From Spirochaetia bacterium (GTDB lineage: Bacteria > Spirochaetota > Spirochaetia > SZUA-6 > Bin103): a stretch of 64,000 bases of DNA. The notes below the pieces were generated by a model, which did not search any database, was not told where the DNA came from, and saw only the letters and a list, made by a program, of their open reading frames with translations. The stretch lies in NCBI GenBank assembly GCA_965198005.1, contig CBDAOI010000003.1, positions 864,001 through 928,000 on the forward strand. Direction: 5' to 3'. The position numbers were made by a program, and so were the translations under genes. Each line of letters opens with the position of its first letter. Position 1 is the first letter of the stretch. This document shows, in pieces, positions 1-10,549 of this stretch.

Positions 1-211
1 CGCCGTCGCTCAGGCCCAGCGGCAGTGGCAACGGGCGTTCGCAGGTGGTGGTCAGATCCACCCGGCGCCCGGCCGCTGCCGCGTTGTTTCACGGCGTGCA
101 TGTTTCGAGCACGCGGCGCGCCAGTTGTCCGCCGGCGCGGTGCAGCCGGCCACGCGAATCGGAAAGTCGCGGCGGCCCACCTGCATACACCGCGCCGGGG
201 CCAGCGCCGGC

Positions 212-1237
212 CTACGCGGCGGCGGGGCCGTCCGCGGCCGGCCCGACCAGCCGCGGCAGGAAGCCGGCGACCGCAAGCTGCCACAGGTGGTACATGATCA
301 GCGGCAGCAACGCCAGACCGAGCAGGTCCGGGTCGCCCGCGAAGAACGTCGTCAGCAGCGGCGCGCCCAGGGCCAGCGTCTTCTGGGGCGCCACGAACAG
401 CGCGGTGCAGGTGTTGGCGCGGTCCAGGCGCAGGGCGCGCGCGCCGCTCCACGCCAGCCCCAGCAGCAGCAGGTGGGACACCGCCAGGTAGCCCAGCAGC
501 GGCCAGAACCGCAGCAGCGACGGCGCGAAGGTCGGATCGAGGGCCGGCCGCGAGAACGAGAACCAGACGATCACCACGATGGCGCCGTTCATGAATACGC
601 CGAACCGTCTGCGCTGGCGTTCGATCCAGGCGCGCAGGCGCAGCCGCAGCACCTGGCCGATCGCCACCGGCAGCAGCATCTGCAACGACAGCGAGGACAG
701 CATCCGCAGCAACTCCTCGGCCGGCAGCGCGCGGCCGGTCCGCTGCAGCAGCCAGGACAGCAGCAGCGGCGACAGGAACACGCCCAGCACGTTCGCCAGC
801 GAGGCGTTGAAGATGGTTGCCACCACGTTGCCGCGCGCGAGCTGGGTGAACACGATGCAGCTCGACACGGTGGTGGGCAGCACCGCCAGCGCCAGGATGC
901 CGGCGACGATGCGCGGGTCGCCGCCGCGCCACAGCAGGGCGGCGGTGGCGGCGAAGTACAGCGGGCACACCGCGAAGATGAAGAGCTGCAGGAACAGGTG
1001 CAGGCGCACGTCGCGCAGGCCGGTGCGGATCGCCTCGGTCGGCAGGCTCATGCCCGAGGTCAGAAACAGCAGCACCACCAGCACGGTGGCGGAGGCGCCG
1101 TCCCGGCTGACGGCGACACCGGCCCGCGGCGCGGTCAGCCCGACCGCCACCGCCGCCAGCAGCCCGACCAGGAACCAGTTACGCGCGAGCCAACTCGCGG
1201 CGTTCCGGGCGCAAGGTGTGATTCCGCTCAAACCCAT
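212..1237 (-). CDS. Bile acid:sodium symporter (SBF-like) family membrane transporter
   Basis: Multi-TM protein with 'LFLTSGMSL', 'LPTTVSSCIVFT', 'GNVVATIFNASLANVLGVFLSP' and 'QKTLALG' motifs. Start moved to the ATG at 1237. Confidence 0.8.
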   Translation of the reverse strand: MGLSGITPCARNAASWLARNWFLVGLLAAVAVGLTAPRAGVAVSRDGASATVLVVLLFLTSGMSLPTEAIRTGLRDVRLHLFLQLFIFAVCPLYFAATAALLWRGGDPRIVAGILALAVLPTTVSSCIVFTQLARGNVVATIFNASLANVLGVFLSPLLLSWLLQRTGRALPAEELLRMLSSLSLQMLLPVAIGQVLRLRLRAWIERQRRRFGVFMNGAIVVIVWFSFSRPALDPTFAPSLLRFWPLLGYLAVSHLLLLGLAWSGARALRLDRANTCTALFVAPQKTLALGAPLLTTFFAGDPDLLGLALLPLIMYHLWQLAVAGFLPRLVGPAADGPAAA

Positions 1238-2049
1238 TGCCCAGTGTTCCGGCCCAGGAAGGCGGGTCGCGTCCGAACAGCCGCCAGTGCCAGGATGATG
1301 CGATAGCCACCACTGAGCTGGTCGAGAGTGAGTTCTTCCGGCGGTCCCGAATCCGATTCCAGGGATACGACAAACCGAAGTGGACCGAGTTCGATACATG
1401 GCTCGGATGCGCCAGGGATCATCGACGTGATTGCCGTGCGAACCGCCTCCAGTTGTTTTGATACAAACCGCCGTCGGCGTCTCTGCTGCTCCCTGAGTTC
1501 CTCGCTTTCCTTGGCGTAGAACCACTTGAAAAAGTCACGGAAGTTGGGACGAAGCGAAAGCGCCCCCTCCAACGCGGCGTAGCGGGAAAACTCCTTGGGG
1601 AACCCGCGCCGTCGTTGAGGAGCATCGAATACGGCGCGATCGGTGTCGTAGAAGGCAACAATCGGCAGGTCGAAGTCACGGCCCGCTTCGTCCGCGTTGA
1701 TGATGTCGTCGACCGCCTCACGCAGCGACCGACCGCCAACGGACTTCGGTCTCCTCGTCGAACGCTTGTTTACTCGTCCCCTGCGCCGAACCCATACTAG
1801 GCCGTCGGTCGTTTCCAGCGTTACGCGTACGTATTTCGCAGACCGCCTCCGATCCGTATCACGAAACGAGATGCCGGAGACCTCCGGCAGCAAAGTCGGA
1901 ATAGCGCCCAGGCCAACGGCGATCGCGCTCAGTACACTTGTCTTTCCATGTGCGTTGTCGCCGTGAAATACGGTCAGAGATTCGTCCGGAGCGAGCTTGA
2001 GATACTTGATCACGCGATAATTCTCGATTTCGACCGAGCGCAGCTTCAT
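1228..2049 (-). pseudogene. Truncated ABC/AAA_21 ATPase (PtuA/Septu-like); lacks Walker B and C-terminus
   Basis: 'IENYRVI', Walker A 'GDNAHGKTS', ABC signature 'LDQLSGGYR', then abrupt run-off into unrelated sequence at ~1280. Confidence 0.7.
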
Positions 2050-2190
2050 CGGCGCAACTCCATGCGTGCCGTCAGGCCGTGCTGCCGTCGTTGATCACCC
2101 GTTGCTCGGCGCCGGCGGTCTCGATTACGTCGCCGAACGGGGCGAATGCGCGCTTGGTCAGTGGTTCGGGCAGGAGCCGGTGCGCGGTCG

Positions 2191-3180
2191 TCATGCAGCG
2201 CCCGCGGGGGTGCCGAACAGCCGCAGGCGGCTGAGGCCGCCGTCGGGAATGATGTTGAGGTGCACGTGCGACACCGGTTGGGCGGCGGCCGCGGCGGGAA
2301 GTTCGAAGGTGTGCTCGCGATCCGCCTGCAAGGGCTGCTCAGGCAGCAATACGGGCCAGAACATGGACTGGGCGATCACCGATTCCTGCAGCTGTCCGAG
2401 GTGGGCCGGCAGCAGCGCCCCCTGCAGCGAGCAGCGATCGGGGTAGTTGCCCTTGAAGTGGCTGGTGTCCACCACCACGCGCTGAATGGTGCCGGGGGTG
2501 GCCAGCGCGACGATGCACCAGTCCTGGCCCGGCTCCCGCCGCCGTCGCGTCTCCCAGCCTTCGCCGGCATGCCGCGCACGACCGGGCCGCAACAGGTTGG
2601 CCGGATGACCGTAGTGGGAGTTGTTCCACGCCACCGCTATCGCCCCGTTGCGTGCGCAGCCCAGGTCCACGAGACCGCGCGCGGCCAGCTCCTGCCAGTC
2701 GGGACGCGGCCGGCCGTACACGCGCAGGCGCGCCACGCCGCCGTCCGGCAACAGATTGAGCCGCACGTGGGTGACTACCTGCCCGGCCGAGACGTCGAAC
2801 AGATTGTGCGAGTCGGGTCCGATCGTGGCCGGCGGCACCAGGGTGATCCACTCGGCAGCCGCGTCCGGCTCGCCGCTGCAGGAGCAGCCCTCCAGGGAAG
2901 CCGCCGGGGGGAAGTTGCCGGTGAAGTGGGTGGTGTCGACGTCGACCGAAGAGACCTCGCCCGGCGCCGCCAGCCGCACGATGCAGTGGTCGTGCCCGCC
3001 GCGGCGCCGGCGGCGCGACTCCCAGCCGTCCATCCACTTGCCATGGTCGTCGTACTTGTCGGGGAAGAACACCGGGTCGGTGGGTTCCAGGATGCGGCTC
3101 ATGGGCCCGAAGAACTCGTCGCTGCAGGCAACGGCCATCGCCCCGAGCCGCGCATCCGCCAAGTTGGTTTCAGGCGGCAT
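2191..3180 (-). CDS. alc: Allantoicase
   Basis: Two repeated allantoicase domains: 'SDEFF', '[13 protein letters not shown]', '[10 protein letters not shown]', '[12 protein letters not shown]' and 'GWETRRRR', '[12 protein letters not shown]'. Confidence 0.93.
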   Translation of the reverse strand: MPPETNLADARLGAMAVACSDEFFGPMSRILEPTDPVFFPDKYDDHGKWMDGWESRRRRRGGHDHCIVRLAAPGEVSSVDVDTTHFTGNFPPAASLEGCSCSGEPDAAAEWITLVPPATIGPDSHNLFDVSAGQVVTHVRLNLLPDGGVARLRVYGRPRPDWQELAARGLVDLGCARNGAIAVAWNNSHYGHPANLLRPGRARHAGEGWETRRRREPGQDWCIVALATPGTIQRVVVDTSHFKGNYPDRCSLQGALLPAHLGQLQESVIAQSMFWPVLLPEQPLQADREHTFELPAAAAAQPVSHVHLNIIPDGGLSRLRLFGTPAGAA

Positions 3181-4081
3181 GCGGGTGGTGTTGCCGCCAG
3201 TGGCGGGCAATGTCGACGCGCCGGCAGCACCACACCGCCTCGTGGGCCAGCACGTAGTCGAGGAAGCGCGCCACCGCGGCGACGCGGCCGGGACGGCCGG
3301 CCAGGCGGCAGTGGAGCCCCACCGACATCATGCGCGGGATGTGCGCGCCCTCGGCGTACAGTACGTCGAACGCATCGCGCAGGTAGGCGAAGAACTGTTC
3401 GCCGCAGTTGAAGCCCTGAGGCATGGCGAACCGCATGTCGTTGGCGTCGAGCGTGTAAGGCACCACCAAGTGGGGCCGTCCGCCGACCTCGGTCCAGAAC
3501 GGCAAGTCGTCGTTGTAGTCGTCGGCGTCGTACAGAAAGCCTCCCTCCTCCACCACCAGCCGGCGGGTGTTGGGACCGGTGCGCCCGGTATACCACCCCA
3601 GCGGCCGTTCGCCGGTGAGCTGCCGGATGATCTCCACGGCGCGCTGCAGATGTTCGCGCTCCACCGCTTCGGGCACCTCCTGGTAGTCGATCCAGCGGTA
3701 GCCGTGGCTGCAGATCTCGAAGCCGTGGGCCAGCGCCGCGTCCGCCACCGCGGGGTTGCGTTCCAGGGCCATCGCTACCGCGAACACGGTGATCGGCACC
3801 TGCCGTTCGCGGAACAGGTCGAACAGCCGCCAGACTCCCACCCGGCTGCCGTACTCGTAGATCGACTCCAAGCTCAGGTGCCGCTGCCCGGCGAGCGGAC
3901 GCGCGCCCACGATCTCCGACAGGAACGACTCCGAGGCCGCGTCCCCGTGCAGGACACAGTTCTCGCCCCCCTCCTCGTAGTTGACCACGAACTGCACCGC
4001 CACCCGCGCGCCGTCCGGCCACTGCGCGTGCGGTGGGGTGCGGCCGTAGCCGCGCAGATCCCGTGGGTAGTCGTCAATCAC
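3170..4081 (-). CDS. puuE: Allantoinase PuuE (polysaccharide-deacetylase fold)
   Basis: 'YPRDLRGYG', 'NYEEGGE', 'ESIYEYGSRVG', 'HGYRW', 'PYTLDANDMRF', 'MMSVGLHCRL'; overlaps alc. Confidence 0.93.
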   Translation of the reverse strand: MIDDYPRDLRGYGRTPPHAQWPDGARVAVQFVVNYEEGGENCVLHGDAASESFLSEIVGARPLAGQRHLSLESIYEYGSRVGVWRLFDLFRERQVPITVFAVAMALERNPAVADAALAHGFEICSHGYRWIDYQEVPEAVEREHLQRAVEIIRQLTGERPLGWYTGRTGPNTRRLVVEEGGFLYDADDYNDDLPFWTEVGGRPHLVVPYTLDANDMRFAMPQGFNCGEQFFAYLRDAFDVLYAEGAHIPRMMSVGLHCRLAGRPGRVAAVARFLDYVLAHEAVWCCRRVDIARHWRQHHPHAA

Positions 4082-4150
4082 CGCGTGTACGGCGCAATGC
4101 TACACTTGCCACGGTTCCCGCGGCAAATCCAAACCGCCAAGCCTCGACGA

Positions 4151-5173
4151 TCAGAAAACGGAGACCCGGGCGATCGCGAAGTTCTCGGCCTGGAGCAGGT
4201 TGATCAGACCCGCCACTCCGGGTAGATGCGCAGCACCGACTGCAACGACTATCTCCGAGGCTTGGTGCGCGTGCTCGAGAATTTTCCCCACCCAGGCTCG
4301 ATTGCGCTTCAGCACAAGGTAGTGATCAAGTTTTTGGTACGCATCGTCCAAAGCCTCCACGTCGTCGACCAGCGCACGGTTTTGGAGGCGCGTGAGTTCC
4401 ATGACCACTACTGGTTGCTGTTCCAGCCAAGTGACGACCGCGGTTGCAACTAGGTCGTCGTCTGCCGCTACGCCGGCGAGAGACAGGCGCAGCACCTCGA
4501 GCTGGGTCTCTTCAGGGGCGTCGATGAAGAACGCCAGGAGCTCCGTCGCGTCGTCCAGCCCCGCGGTCTCGATTGCCAGATCATGCGCGAGCATCTCTAT
4601 GCGCTCGTCAAGCAATCGGGCCCCCTGGCGCCGGGCGTCCACCTCACACAGCGCGGTCTCCAGCAGCACGGTCACGAACCAGGGGCGCAGGTATTCGGCT
4701 ATCTCCGGCGGTGTACCGATAGCAGAGAGGTGCCCGCTTAACGTCTCCCACTGCTGTTCCGAAAGCCGGGCCCGCAGACCGGGGCCCGCGAAGTCGAATA
4801 TCAGCATCGAATCATCAAGAACTTCATGCTGAAACAGCTCCTGTTCGGCCGCCGCCATTTCCACCAACACAAGGTCGGCGTCGCGGATCCGGTCGGCGAT
4901 CTCGCCGGGGATGACAACGGCAGGATCGCTGACGTGAACCGTCCCGAACAGCGTGATCCTGGTGTCGCCCCGGATTGCCTCGAACGCGAGTCCGTCGTGG
5001 AAGGGAATCTGGGCGACGCGGGCGTAGGCTTCCGCCACCATCTCCGGCGGCAGGGTGTCACGCAGGTCCGAACCATTGCAGACCGCGAAGGCCACCACGG
5101 GAGTGAGCAGCAGGAGGCCGCGGAGCAGCGGTGCGGACAGGCGCACGCGCGCGGCCGGCAGACGATCGATCAT
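4151..5173 (-). CDS. TraB/GumN family protein
   Basis: 'LFGTVHV', 'LRPW', 'RNRAW' and 'VAVGAAHLPG' motifs; N-terminal hydrophobic leader. Confidence 0.85.
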   Translation of the reverse strand: MIDRLPAARVRLSAPLLRGLLLLTPVVAFAVCNGSDLRDTLPPEMVAEAYARVAQIPFHDGLAFEAIRGDTRITLFGTVHVSDPAVVIPGEIADRIRDADLVLVEMAAAEQELFQHEVLDDSMLIFDFAGPGLRARLSEQQWETLSGHLSAIGTPPEIAEYLRPWFVTVLLETALCEVDARRQGARLLDERIEMLAHDLAIETAGLDDATELLAFFIDAPEETQLEVLRLSLAGVAADDDLVATAVVTWLEQQPVVVMELTRLQNRALVDDVEALDDAYQKLDHYLVLKRNRAWVGKILEHAHQASEIVVAVGAAHLPGVAGLINLLQAENFAIARVSVF

Positions 5174-5598
5174 GCGCAGCAGCGTACGGCGCCTCGCCGG
5201 CGCTGGACAAGGGGGCGGTCACGCGCAGGATCCAGCATGTGCCGCGCCCCTGCCAGCGTCCAGGTCATGGCGAGCGCGACGCACCGCGCGGGCTCACGCG
5301 ACGGTGAGGGAATGTGGCTGCTGCGGAACCACGGCACCGCGGCCGCGTGCAGGGCAACCGGGGAGCAGATTCGGAGCCGGTGACCGCTGCGCCGCCCGGT
5401 CCAGCCGGCGACGACGCCAGGAACCGATGAACGGGTGCCGGTGCCGGCGTGAAGCAGCGATGGGCGGCGCTCCGGGAGCCTGGGGAGCGGCGCGCCCGCG
5501 GGGACGGCGCCTTGTTGCGGAACAGCCGGGACGAGGCGCGCCCGCGTGCCGGGCCGTCAGTCGTGTCGCCGCGCATCCGCAGATTGGGGTCACACCCG

Positions 5599-6414
5599 TC
5601 ACGTACGCTGGATGGTGCGGTAGCGGCGCACCGCAAGCGGGGCGAACACGGCGATGATCGCCGCCGCCCACAGCAGCGTGTAGAGCACCGGATGCTGCAG
5701 CGGCCAGACCGCGGGATCCGGCGTACCCGGGGGGATGTTGCCGAACAGCTCGCGCGTCGCCTGGGTCACGGCCGACACCGGATTCCACAGGGCGAAGGTC
5801 CGCAGCACCGGCGGCAGGCTGTCGGCGGGCACGAAGGTGTTGGCCACGAAGGTCAGCGGCATCGTCACCATGAATGAGGCGTTGTTGATCACCTCGACGC
5901 TCGGCACCAGCAGTCCGACGTAGGCCATGATCCACGAGAAGGCGTAGGCGAACGCCAGCAGCAGCGCGAATCCCGCAACCCCCGGCAGCACGCCGGTGTC
6001 GATCCGCCACCCCACCACCAGACCGGTCAGCGCCATGATCAGCAGCGACGCCGCGTTGTACACCACGTCGCTGACCGTGCGGCCCACCAGCAGTGCGCTG
6101 CGCGACATCGGCAGCGACCGGAAGCGGTTCATGATCCCCTTCTGGAGATCCTCGGCCAGACCCGCGCCGGTGAAGATCGAGCCGAACACCACCGTCTGGG
6201 CGAAGATTCCGGCGATCAGGAACTCCCGGTACGAGCCGCCGGGAATGACGATCGAGCCGCCGAACACGTAGGCGAACAGCAGCACGAACATGATCGGCGA
6301 CAGCAGTACGAACACCAGCACCTCGGGCACGCGCTTGATCTTGATCACGTTGCGCCGGGCGATCACCACGGCGTCGGAGACCGCGTTGGACACCGCGTTG
6401 AACCAGCCGCTCAT
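5599..6414 (-). CDS. ABC-2 type exporter permease (DrrB-like)
   Basis: 'PIMFVLLFAYVFGG', 'RFRSLPMSR', 'WNPVSA'; coupled to the upstream ATPase. Confidence 0.9.
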   Translation of the reverse strand: MSGWFNAVSNAVSDAVVIARRNVIKIKRVPEVLVFVLLSPIMFVLLFAYVFGGSIVIPGGSYREFLIAGIFAQTVVFGSIFTGAGLAEDLQKGIMNRFRSLPMSRSALLVGRTVSDVVYNAASLLIMALTGLVVGWRIDTGVLPGVAGFALLLAFAYAFSWIMAYVGLLVPSVEVINNASFMVTMPLTFVANTFVPADSLPPVLRTFALWNPVSAVTQATRELFGNIPPGTPDPAVWPLQHPVLYTLLWAAAIIAVFAPLAVRRYRTIQRT

Positions 6415-7406
6415 GTCTCCTCCTCCTCCTCATCCTCGTTCTCCTGCGGTGCGGCGCTATGGCCGGTCAGCGTGAGGAACACGTCGTCCAGCGTCGGCCG
6501 GCGCAGGCCCACGTCGCGCACCGCCACCCCCGCCTGGTCCAGGGCGCGCAGCGCCTGCGTCAGCACCGGGGAGCCGCCGGCGATGGGCGTCACCACCCGG
6601 CGCGCGCGGGCGTCTACCTGCTGTTCCCCCACGGCGAACCGGGCCAGCACCGCGCGCGCCGCCGCCAGCGCCGCCGCCACGGCTGCCGCGGCCGCCGCCG
6701 GCAGCGTCACCTCGATCCGCTCGGCCCCGACCAGACCCTTCAACTCGTCGGGCGTGCCTTCGGCGATCGCCCGGCCGTGGTCGATCACCAGCACGCGGTC
6801 GGCGAGCTGGTCCGCCTCCTCCATGTACTGGGTGGTGAGCAGCACGGTGGTGCCGCTGCCCACCATCCGGTGGATCACCTCCCAGAGCTGGCGCCGGCTG
6901 TGCGGGTCCAGGCCGGTGGTCGGCTCGTCCAGGAACAGCACCGGCGGGTCGGCCACCAGCGCGCCCGCCAAGTCGAGGCGGCGCCGCATCCCCCCGGAGT
7001 AGGTCTTGACCGGCCGGTCCCCGGCCGCGACCAGATCGAACTGCTCCAGCAGTTGGCGGGCGCGTGCGCGCGCCGGCCGCCGGCCCAGGTGATACAGGCG
7101 CCCGATCATGTCGAGGTTCTCGAACCCGGTGAGGTGCTCGTCCACCGCCGCGAACTGGCCGGACAGTCCGATCCGCCGGCGCACCTCGCGCGGCGCCGCC
7201 ACCACGTCGGCGCCGGCCACCCGGGCCATGCCGGCGTCGGGTCTGATCAGCGTGGCCAGGATCGACACCGCGGTGGTCTTGCCGGCGCCGTTGGGACCGA
7301 GCACACCCAGCACCGCGCCCTCGGCCACGGCGAGGTCGAGCCCGTTCAGGGCGGTTACGTCTCCGTACCGCTTGACCAGTCCGGTGGCTTCGACGAGGTG
7401 TGCCAT
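6411..7406 (-). CDS. ABC exporter ATP-binding protein (DrrA-like)
   Basis: Walker A 'GPNGAGKTT', 'YSGGMRRRL', 'LDEPTTGLD', C-terminal 'PTLDDVFL'. Confidence 0.92.
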   Translation of the reverse strand: MAHLVEATGLVKRYGDVTALNGLDLAVAEGAVLGVLGPNGAGKTTAVSILATLIRPDAGMARVAGADVVAAPREVRRRIGLSGQFAAVDEHLTGFENLDMIGRLYHLGRRPARARARQLLEQFDLVAAGDRPVKTYSGGMRRRLDLAGALVADPPVLFLDEPTTGLDPHSRRQLWEVIHRMVGSGTTVLLTTQYMEEADQLADRVLVIDHGRAIAEGTPDELKGLVGAERIEVTLPAAAAAAVAAALAAARAVLARFAVGEQQVDARARRVVTPIAGGSPVLTQALRALDQAGVAVRDVGLRRPTLDDVFLTLTGHSAAPQENEDEEEEET

Positions 7407-7595
7407 GCGCCGCATGAAGCTATCGACAGCCGTCCCCCGCGGTCAACCTATACCCGCCCGGTACGCCCGGTACGGCGCGAACGAGCACCGACTGATCCCT
7501 CCAGCCATTCCATGTCGCGCTGGGTGGCGCTCAAGCGCTGCCGCAGCCGTCCCGGCGACGACGAGTGAGGATGCTTGGACAGGCGTCCGGCGGTC

Positions 7596-8441
7596 TCAGC
7601 GGAACAGGTCTTCGGTGCGTGGGCGGTTGATCATGGCCGCGGTGTGGGTGGCCGCGGCTGCCGTTGCCGGTGCGTGGGCCGGCGGTGGAAAGCCCTGCAC
7701 CAGGGCGGCCGGGATGCGCTCGGTGGATTCGCCCATTACCAGCATGGCGGCGCTGGCAATGGCGTCCGCCCGGTTGATAAGCGTGGCCTGCAGCTCGCGG
7801 CCGTACAGGTCGCGGCGGCCGCGGCGGTCGTCCAGCACCGCCAGGCCGGCGGCGCCGAGCGCGATGCCCACCGTGCCCAGCCGCCAGGGCCGGTTGCTGC
7901 TGTCGCTGATCACCACGCCGATCCGCTGGCCGGTGCCGGCGGCGATGGCCCGCTGCAGCCGGGCGGCGGTGGCGTCGGGCGCCGCCGGCAGCAGCAGCGC
8001 CGACGCGGACCGCCCGTGGTCGACGTTGGACTGGTCGATGCCGGCGTTGGCGGCTACCAGGCCGAGCCGGTGGCGGGTGATCAGCACGCCCGGGGCCGTG
8101 CGCACTACCTCGGTCGACTCGTCGAGGATGAGCTGCACCAGCCGCGCATCCTTGCCGGTCTCGGCGGCGAGGGCCGCGGCGCGGGCCGACGGCCGCACCT
8201 GGTCGAGCCGGAGCTGGCGGCCCTCCGCCTTGGAGACGATCTTCTGGGCCACCACCAGCACGTCGCCGTCGGCCAGTTCGACGCCGGCTCCGGCCAGCGC
8301 CGCCAGCAGGATCGGCGGCAGGTCGTCGCCGGCCGCCACCAGCGGAATCCCGCGCAGCCCGGTAACGGTGAGCCGGGCGTCAGCCACCTGCCGGGACGCC
8401 GCCGGCCCGGTCTCGTCGCGTGTGCCGGGAGCCGCCTGCAA
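7596..8441 (-). CDS. cofE: Coenzyme F420-0:L-glutamate ligase
   Basis: 'GDVLVVAQKIVSKAEG', 'ANAGIDQSN', 'DLYGREL', C-terminal 'EDLFR'. Confidence 0.93.
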   Translation of the reverse strand: MQAAPGTRDETGPAASRQVADARLTVTGLRGIPLVAAGDDLPPILLAALAGAGVELADGDVLVVAQKIVSKAEGRQLRLDQVRPSARAAALAAETGKDARLVQLILDESTEVVRTAPGVLITRHRLGLVAANAGIDQSNVDHGRSASALLLPAAPDATAARLQRAIAAGTGQRIGVVISDSSNRPWRLGTVGIALGAAGLAVLDDRRGRRDLYGRELQATLINRADAIASAAMLVMGESTERIPAALVQGFPPPAHAPATAAAATHTAAMINRPRTEDLFR

Positions 8442-8453
8442 CCGACTAGGCCG

Positions 8454-9113
8454 CTAGCCCTGGCCGACCACGCGGATACCGGCGTGGCTGAGGTCGTGGC
8501 GGCGATTGATCTGAATCAGCACGCTGGTCAGCGCCTCGGCGGCGGCGGAGTTCTCGATCGGGCCGGCGTGCCAGCCGGTCATGCCGGCGGCTTGAACCAG
8601 CTCGATCACTTTGTCGCGGGCCGCCTTCTTGTTGCCGGCGACCAGCACGTCGCACTCGATCGTGACCTCCTGCTGCAGCAGGTGGGCGGCGACGTTCTGA
8701 AACGCCGAGACCACCATCACCTCGTCGCCGAGGAACTCCTGCGCCCGCTGGCCGGCGGAGCCCTGCGCCGGGAGTTGCACCGTGCCGACCCGAGGCGGCA
8801 CCAGCGGCACCGTGACGTCGATCAGGATCTTGCCCGCGAGGCTCGGCTGCACGCTCGCCAGGGTGGCGATCTGATGCGCGGCCGGCACGGTCAGCACCAC
8901 GACGTCGGCCGCCTGCGCGGCCGCCTGGTTGGTCAGCGCGCGCGCGGTGGCGGCCGGATCGCGCTGCCGCAGACCGGCGAGCGCGGCCTGCGCCTTGGCC
9001 AGCGTGCGCGAGCCGATCAGCACCGTGTAGCCGGCCCGCGACCAGCGCTGCGCCAGCCCGGTTCCCAGGTCGCCGGTGCCGCCGAGAATGGCGATGGTTT
9101 CCCTAGTTGACAA
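8454..9113 (-). CDS. npdG: NADPH-dependent F420 reductase
   Basis: 'IAILGGTGDLGTGLA', 'IGSR', 'DVTVPL', 'SAFQNVAA', 'EALTSVLIQIN'. TTG start at 9113. Confidence 0.9.
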   Translation of the reverse strand: MSTRETIAILGGTGDLGTGLAQRWSRAGYTVLIGSRTLAKAQAALAGLRQRDPAATARALTNQAAAQAADVVVLTVPAAHQIATLASVQPSLAGKILIDVTVPLVPPRVGTVQLPAQGSAGQRAQEFLGDEVMVVSAFQNVAAHLLQQEVTIECDVLVAGNKKAARDKVIELVQAAGMTGWHAGPIENSAAAEALTSVLIQINRRHDLSHAGIRVVGQG

Positions 9114-9588
9114 TGGTCTCTCCCTCCACCAGGTTCTCTCGCTCCACCAGCCGCACCCCGGCGCCGCGCACCGCGCAGTCACACGCCGGACAGTAGTAGC
9201 CGACCTGGATCGGCGTCCCGCACGCGCGGTGCACCAGCGCGCCGCGGTCGGACAGGTGCTTGCGGCCCCACACCGCGAGCGCGCCGGCCACCACCCCCAG
9301 CTCGTGGCCGCGGCGGGTCAGCGCGTACTCGGCGCGCGGCGGATGCTGGCTGTAGAACCGCCGGTCCACGATGCCGTGCCGTTCCAGCCGCTTGAGCCGG
9401 TGCGACAGGATGTTGGGCGCGATTCCGAACACCTGCCGCCGCAGCTCGGCGAAGCGCTGGAAGCCGCGCAGCAACTCCAGCAGGATCAGCACCGTCCAGC
9501 GGTCGCCGACGATCTCCAGCGCCCGTGCCACCGGACCGAGGCGGTCGTCCGCGGCGCCGGTGTGGTCGGCGATCGGGTTGGTTGACAT
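9103..9588 (-). CDS. HxlR-family winged-helix transcriptional regulator
   Basis: 'ARALEIVGDRWTVLIL', 'RF..L', 'PPRAEYALT', C-terminal 'HRACG...CPAC'. Confidence 0.9.
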   Translation of the reverse strand: MSTNPIADHTGAADDRLGPVARALEIVGDRWTVLILLELLRGFQRFAELRRQVFGIAPNILSHRLKRLERHGIVDRRFYSQHPPRAEYALTRRGHELGVVAGALAVWGRKHLSDRGALVHRACGTPIQVGYYCPACDCAVRGAGVRLVERENLVEGETIVN

Positions 9589-9652
9589 TTGCTACCTGGT
9601 TGCATCCTAATACGTACGGTCCGCACCGTCCAGGTTGGGTGCCGCTCGTTCC

Positions 9653-10549
9653 ATGCACGCATCGGTCTCGATTGTCAACGTCAGCAAGGTGTTCCCCGTG
9701 CCGCCGGGGGCCACGCGCACCGTCACGCCCGCCGCCGCCTCGGCCGCCACAGCCGTAGCGCCGGCTGACGCTCCTCCCGGTAGGCGCCGCCAGCGCCGCC
9801 GCCGGCCGCGCGACCTGCTGGCCGCGCCGGCAGCCGGGCTCGAGGCGCTGCGCGGAATCACCGCCGACATCCGTCCCGGCGAGTTTCTCGCGGTCCTTGG
9901 CCCCAGCGGCTGCGGCAAGACCACGCTCCTGCGCATCGTCGGCGGCCTTATCGAGCCGACCGCGGGCACGGTCCGCATCGGCGACCGGACGGCCGCCCAG
10001 GCGCAACGGCAAAAGTGGGTGGGCTATGTATTCCAGGACCCGTCGCTGCTGCCGTGGCGCACCGTGCTGGACAACGTGCGCCTGCCGCTGCGGGTGAACC
10101 GCGCGGTGCAGCGTCCCGGCGCCACTTCGCCCGAGGAGTTGCTCCACTTGGTGCGCTTGGCGGAGTTCGCCGACTATTACCCGAGCCAACTGTCGCGCGG
10201 CATGCAGCAGCGGGTCGGCTTGGCGCGGGCGCTGGCGCTGGACCCCGCGTTGCTGCTGATGGATGAGCCGTTCGCCGCGCTCGACGAGATCACGCGCGAA
10301 CGGATGCGCTTCGAGCTGCTGCGCATCTGGGAGGCGACGCGCAAGACGGTGCTGTTCGTTACCCACAGCATCGTCGACGCGGTGCTGCTGTCCGACCGCG
10401 TGGCGGTGCTGTCGGCCCGTCCCGGACGGCTGCGCGCGGTGCTGCCGATCGGCCTGGAACGGCCGCGGGTGGCCGGAGTGGAACGCTCGCCGGAGTTCAC
10501 GGCCGCCTACCGCCGGGTGCACGACTTGGTGATGGCGGAGGCGGCCTGA
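9653..10549 (+). CDS. ABC importer ATP-binding protein (TauB/SsuB/NitT family)
   Basis: 'GPSGCGKTT', 'VFQDPSLLPW', 'LSRGMQQRV', 'MDEPFAALD', 'FVTHS'. Confidence 0.9.
   Translation: MHASVSIVNVSKVFPVPPGATRTVTPAAASAATAVAPADAPPGRRRQRRRRPRDLLAAPAAGLEALRGITADIRPGEFLAVLGPSGCGKTTLLRIVGGLIEPTAGTVRIGDRTAAQAQRQKWVGYVFQDPSLLPWRTVLDNVRLPLRVNRAVQRPGATSPEELLHLVRLAEFADYYPSQLSRGMQQRVGLARALALDPALLLMDEPFAALDEITRERMRFELLRIWEATRKTVLFVTHSIVDAVLLSDRVAVLSARPGRLRAVLPIGLERPRVAGVERSPEFTAAYRRVHDLVMAEAA

Noticed and set aside
125-9110. Long + strand ORFs (125-1306, 2146-3411, 2621-4225, 6459-7568, 7575-9110)
   Set aside because: Antisense shadows of well-supported minus-strand genes in GC-rich DNA.
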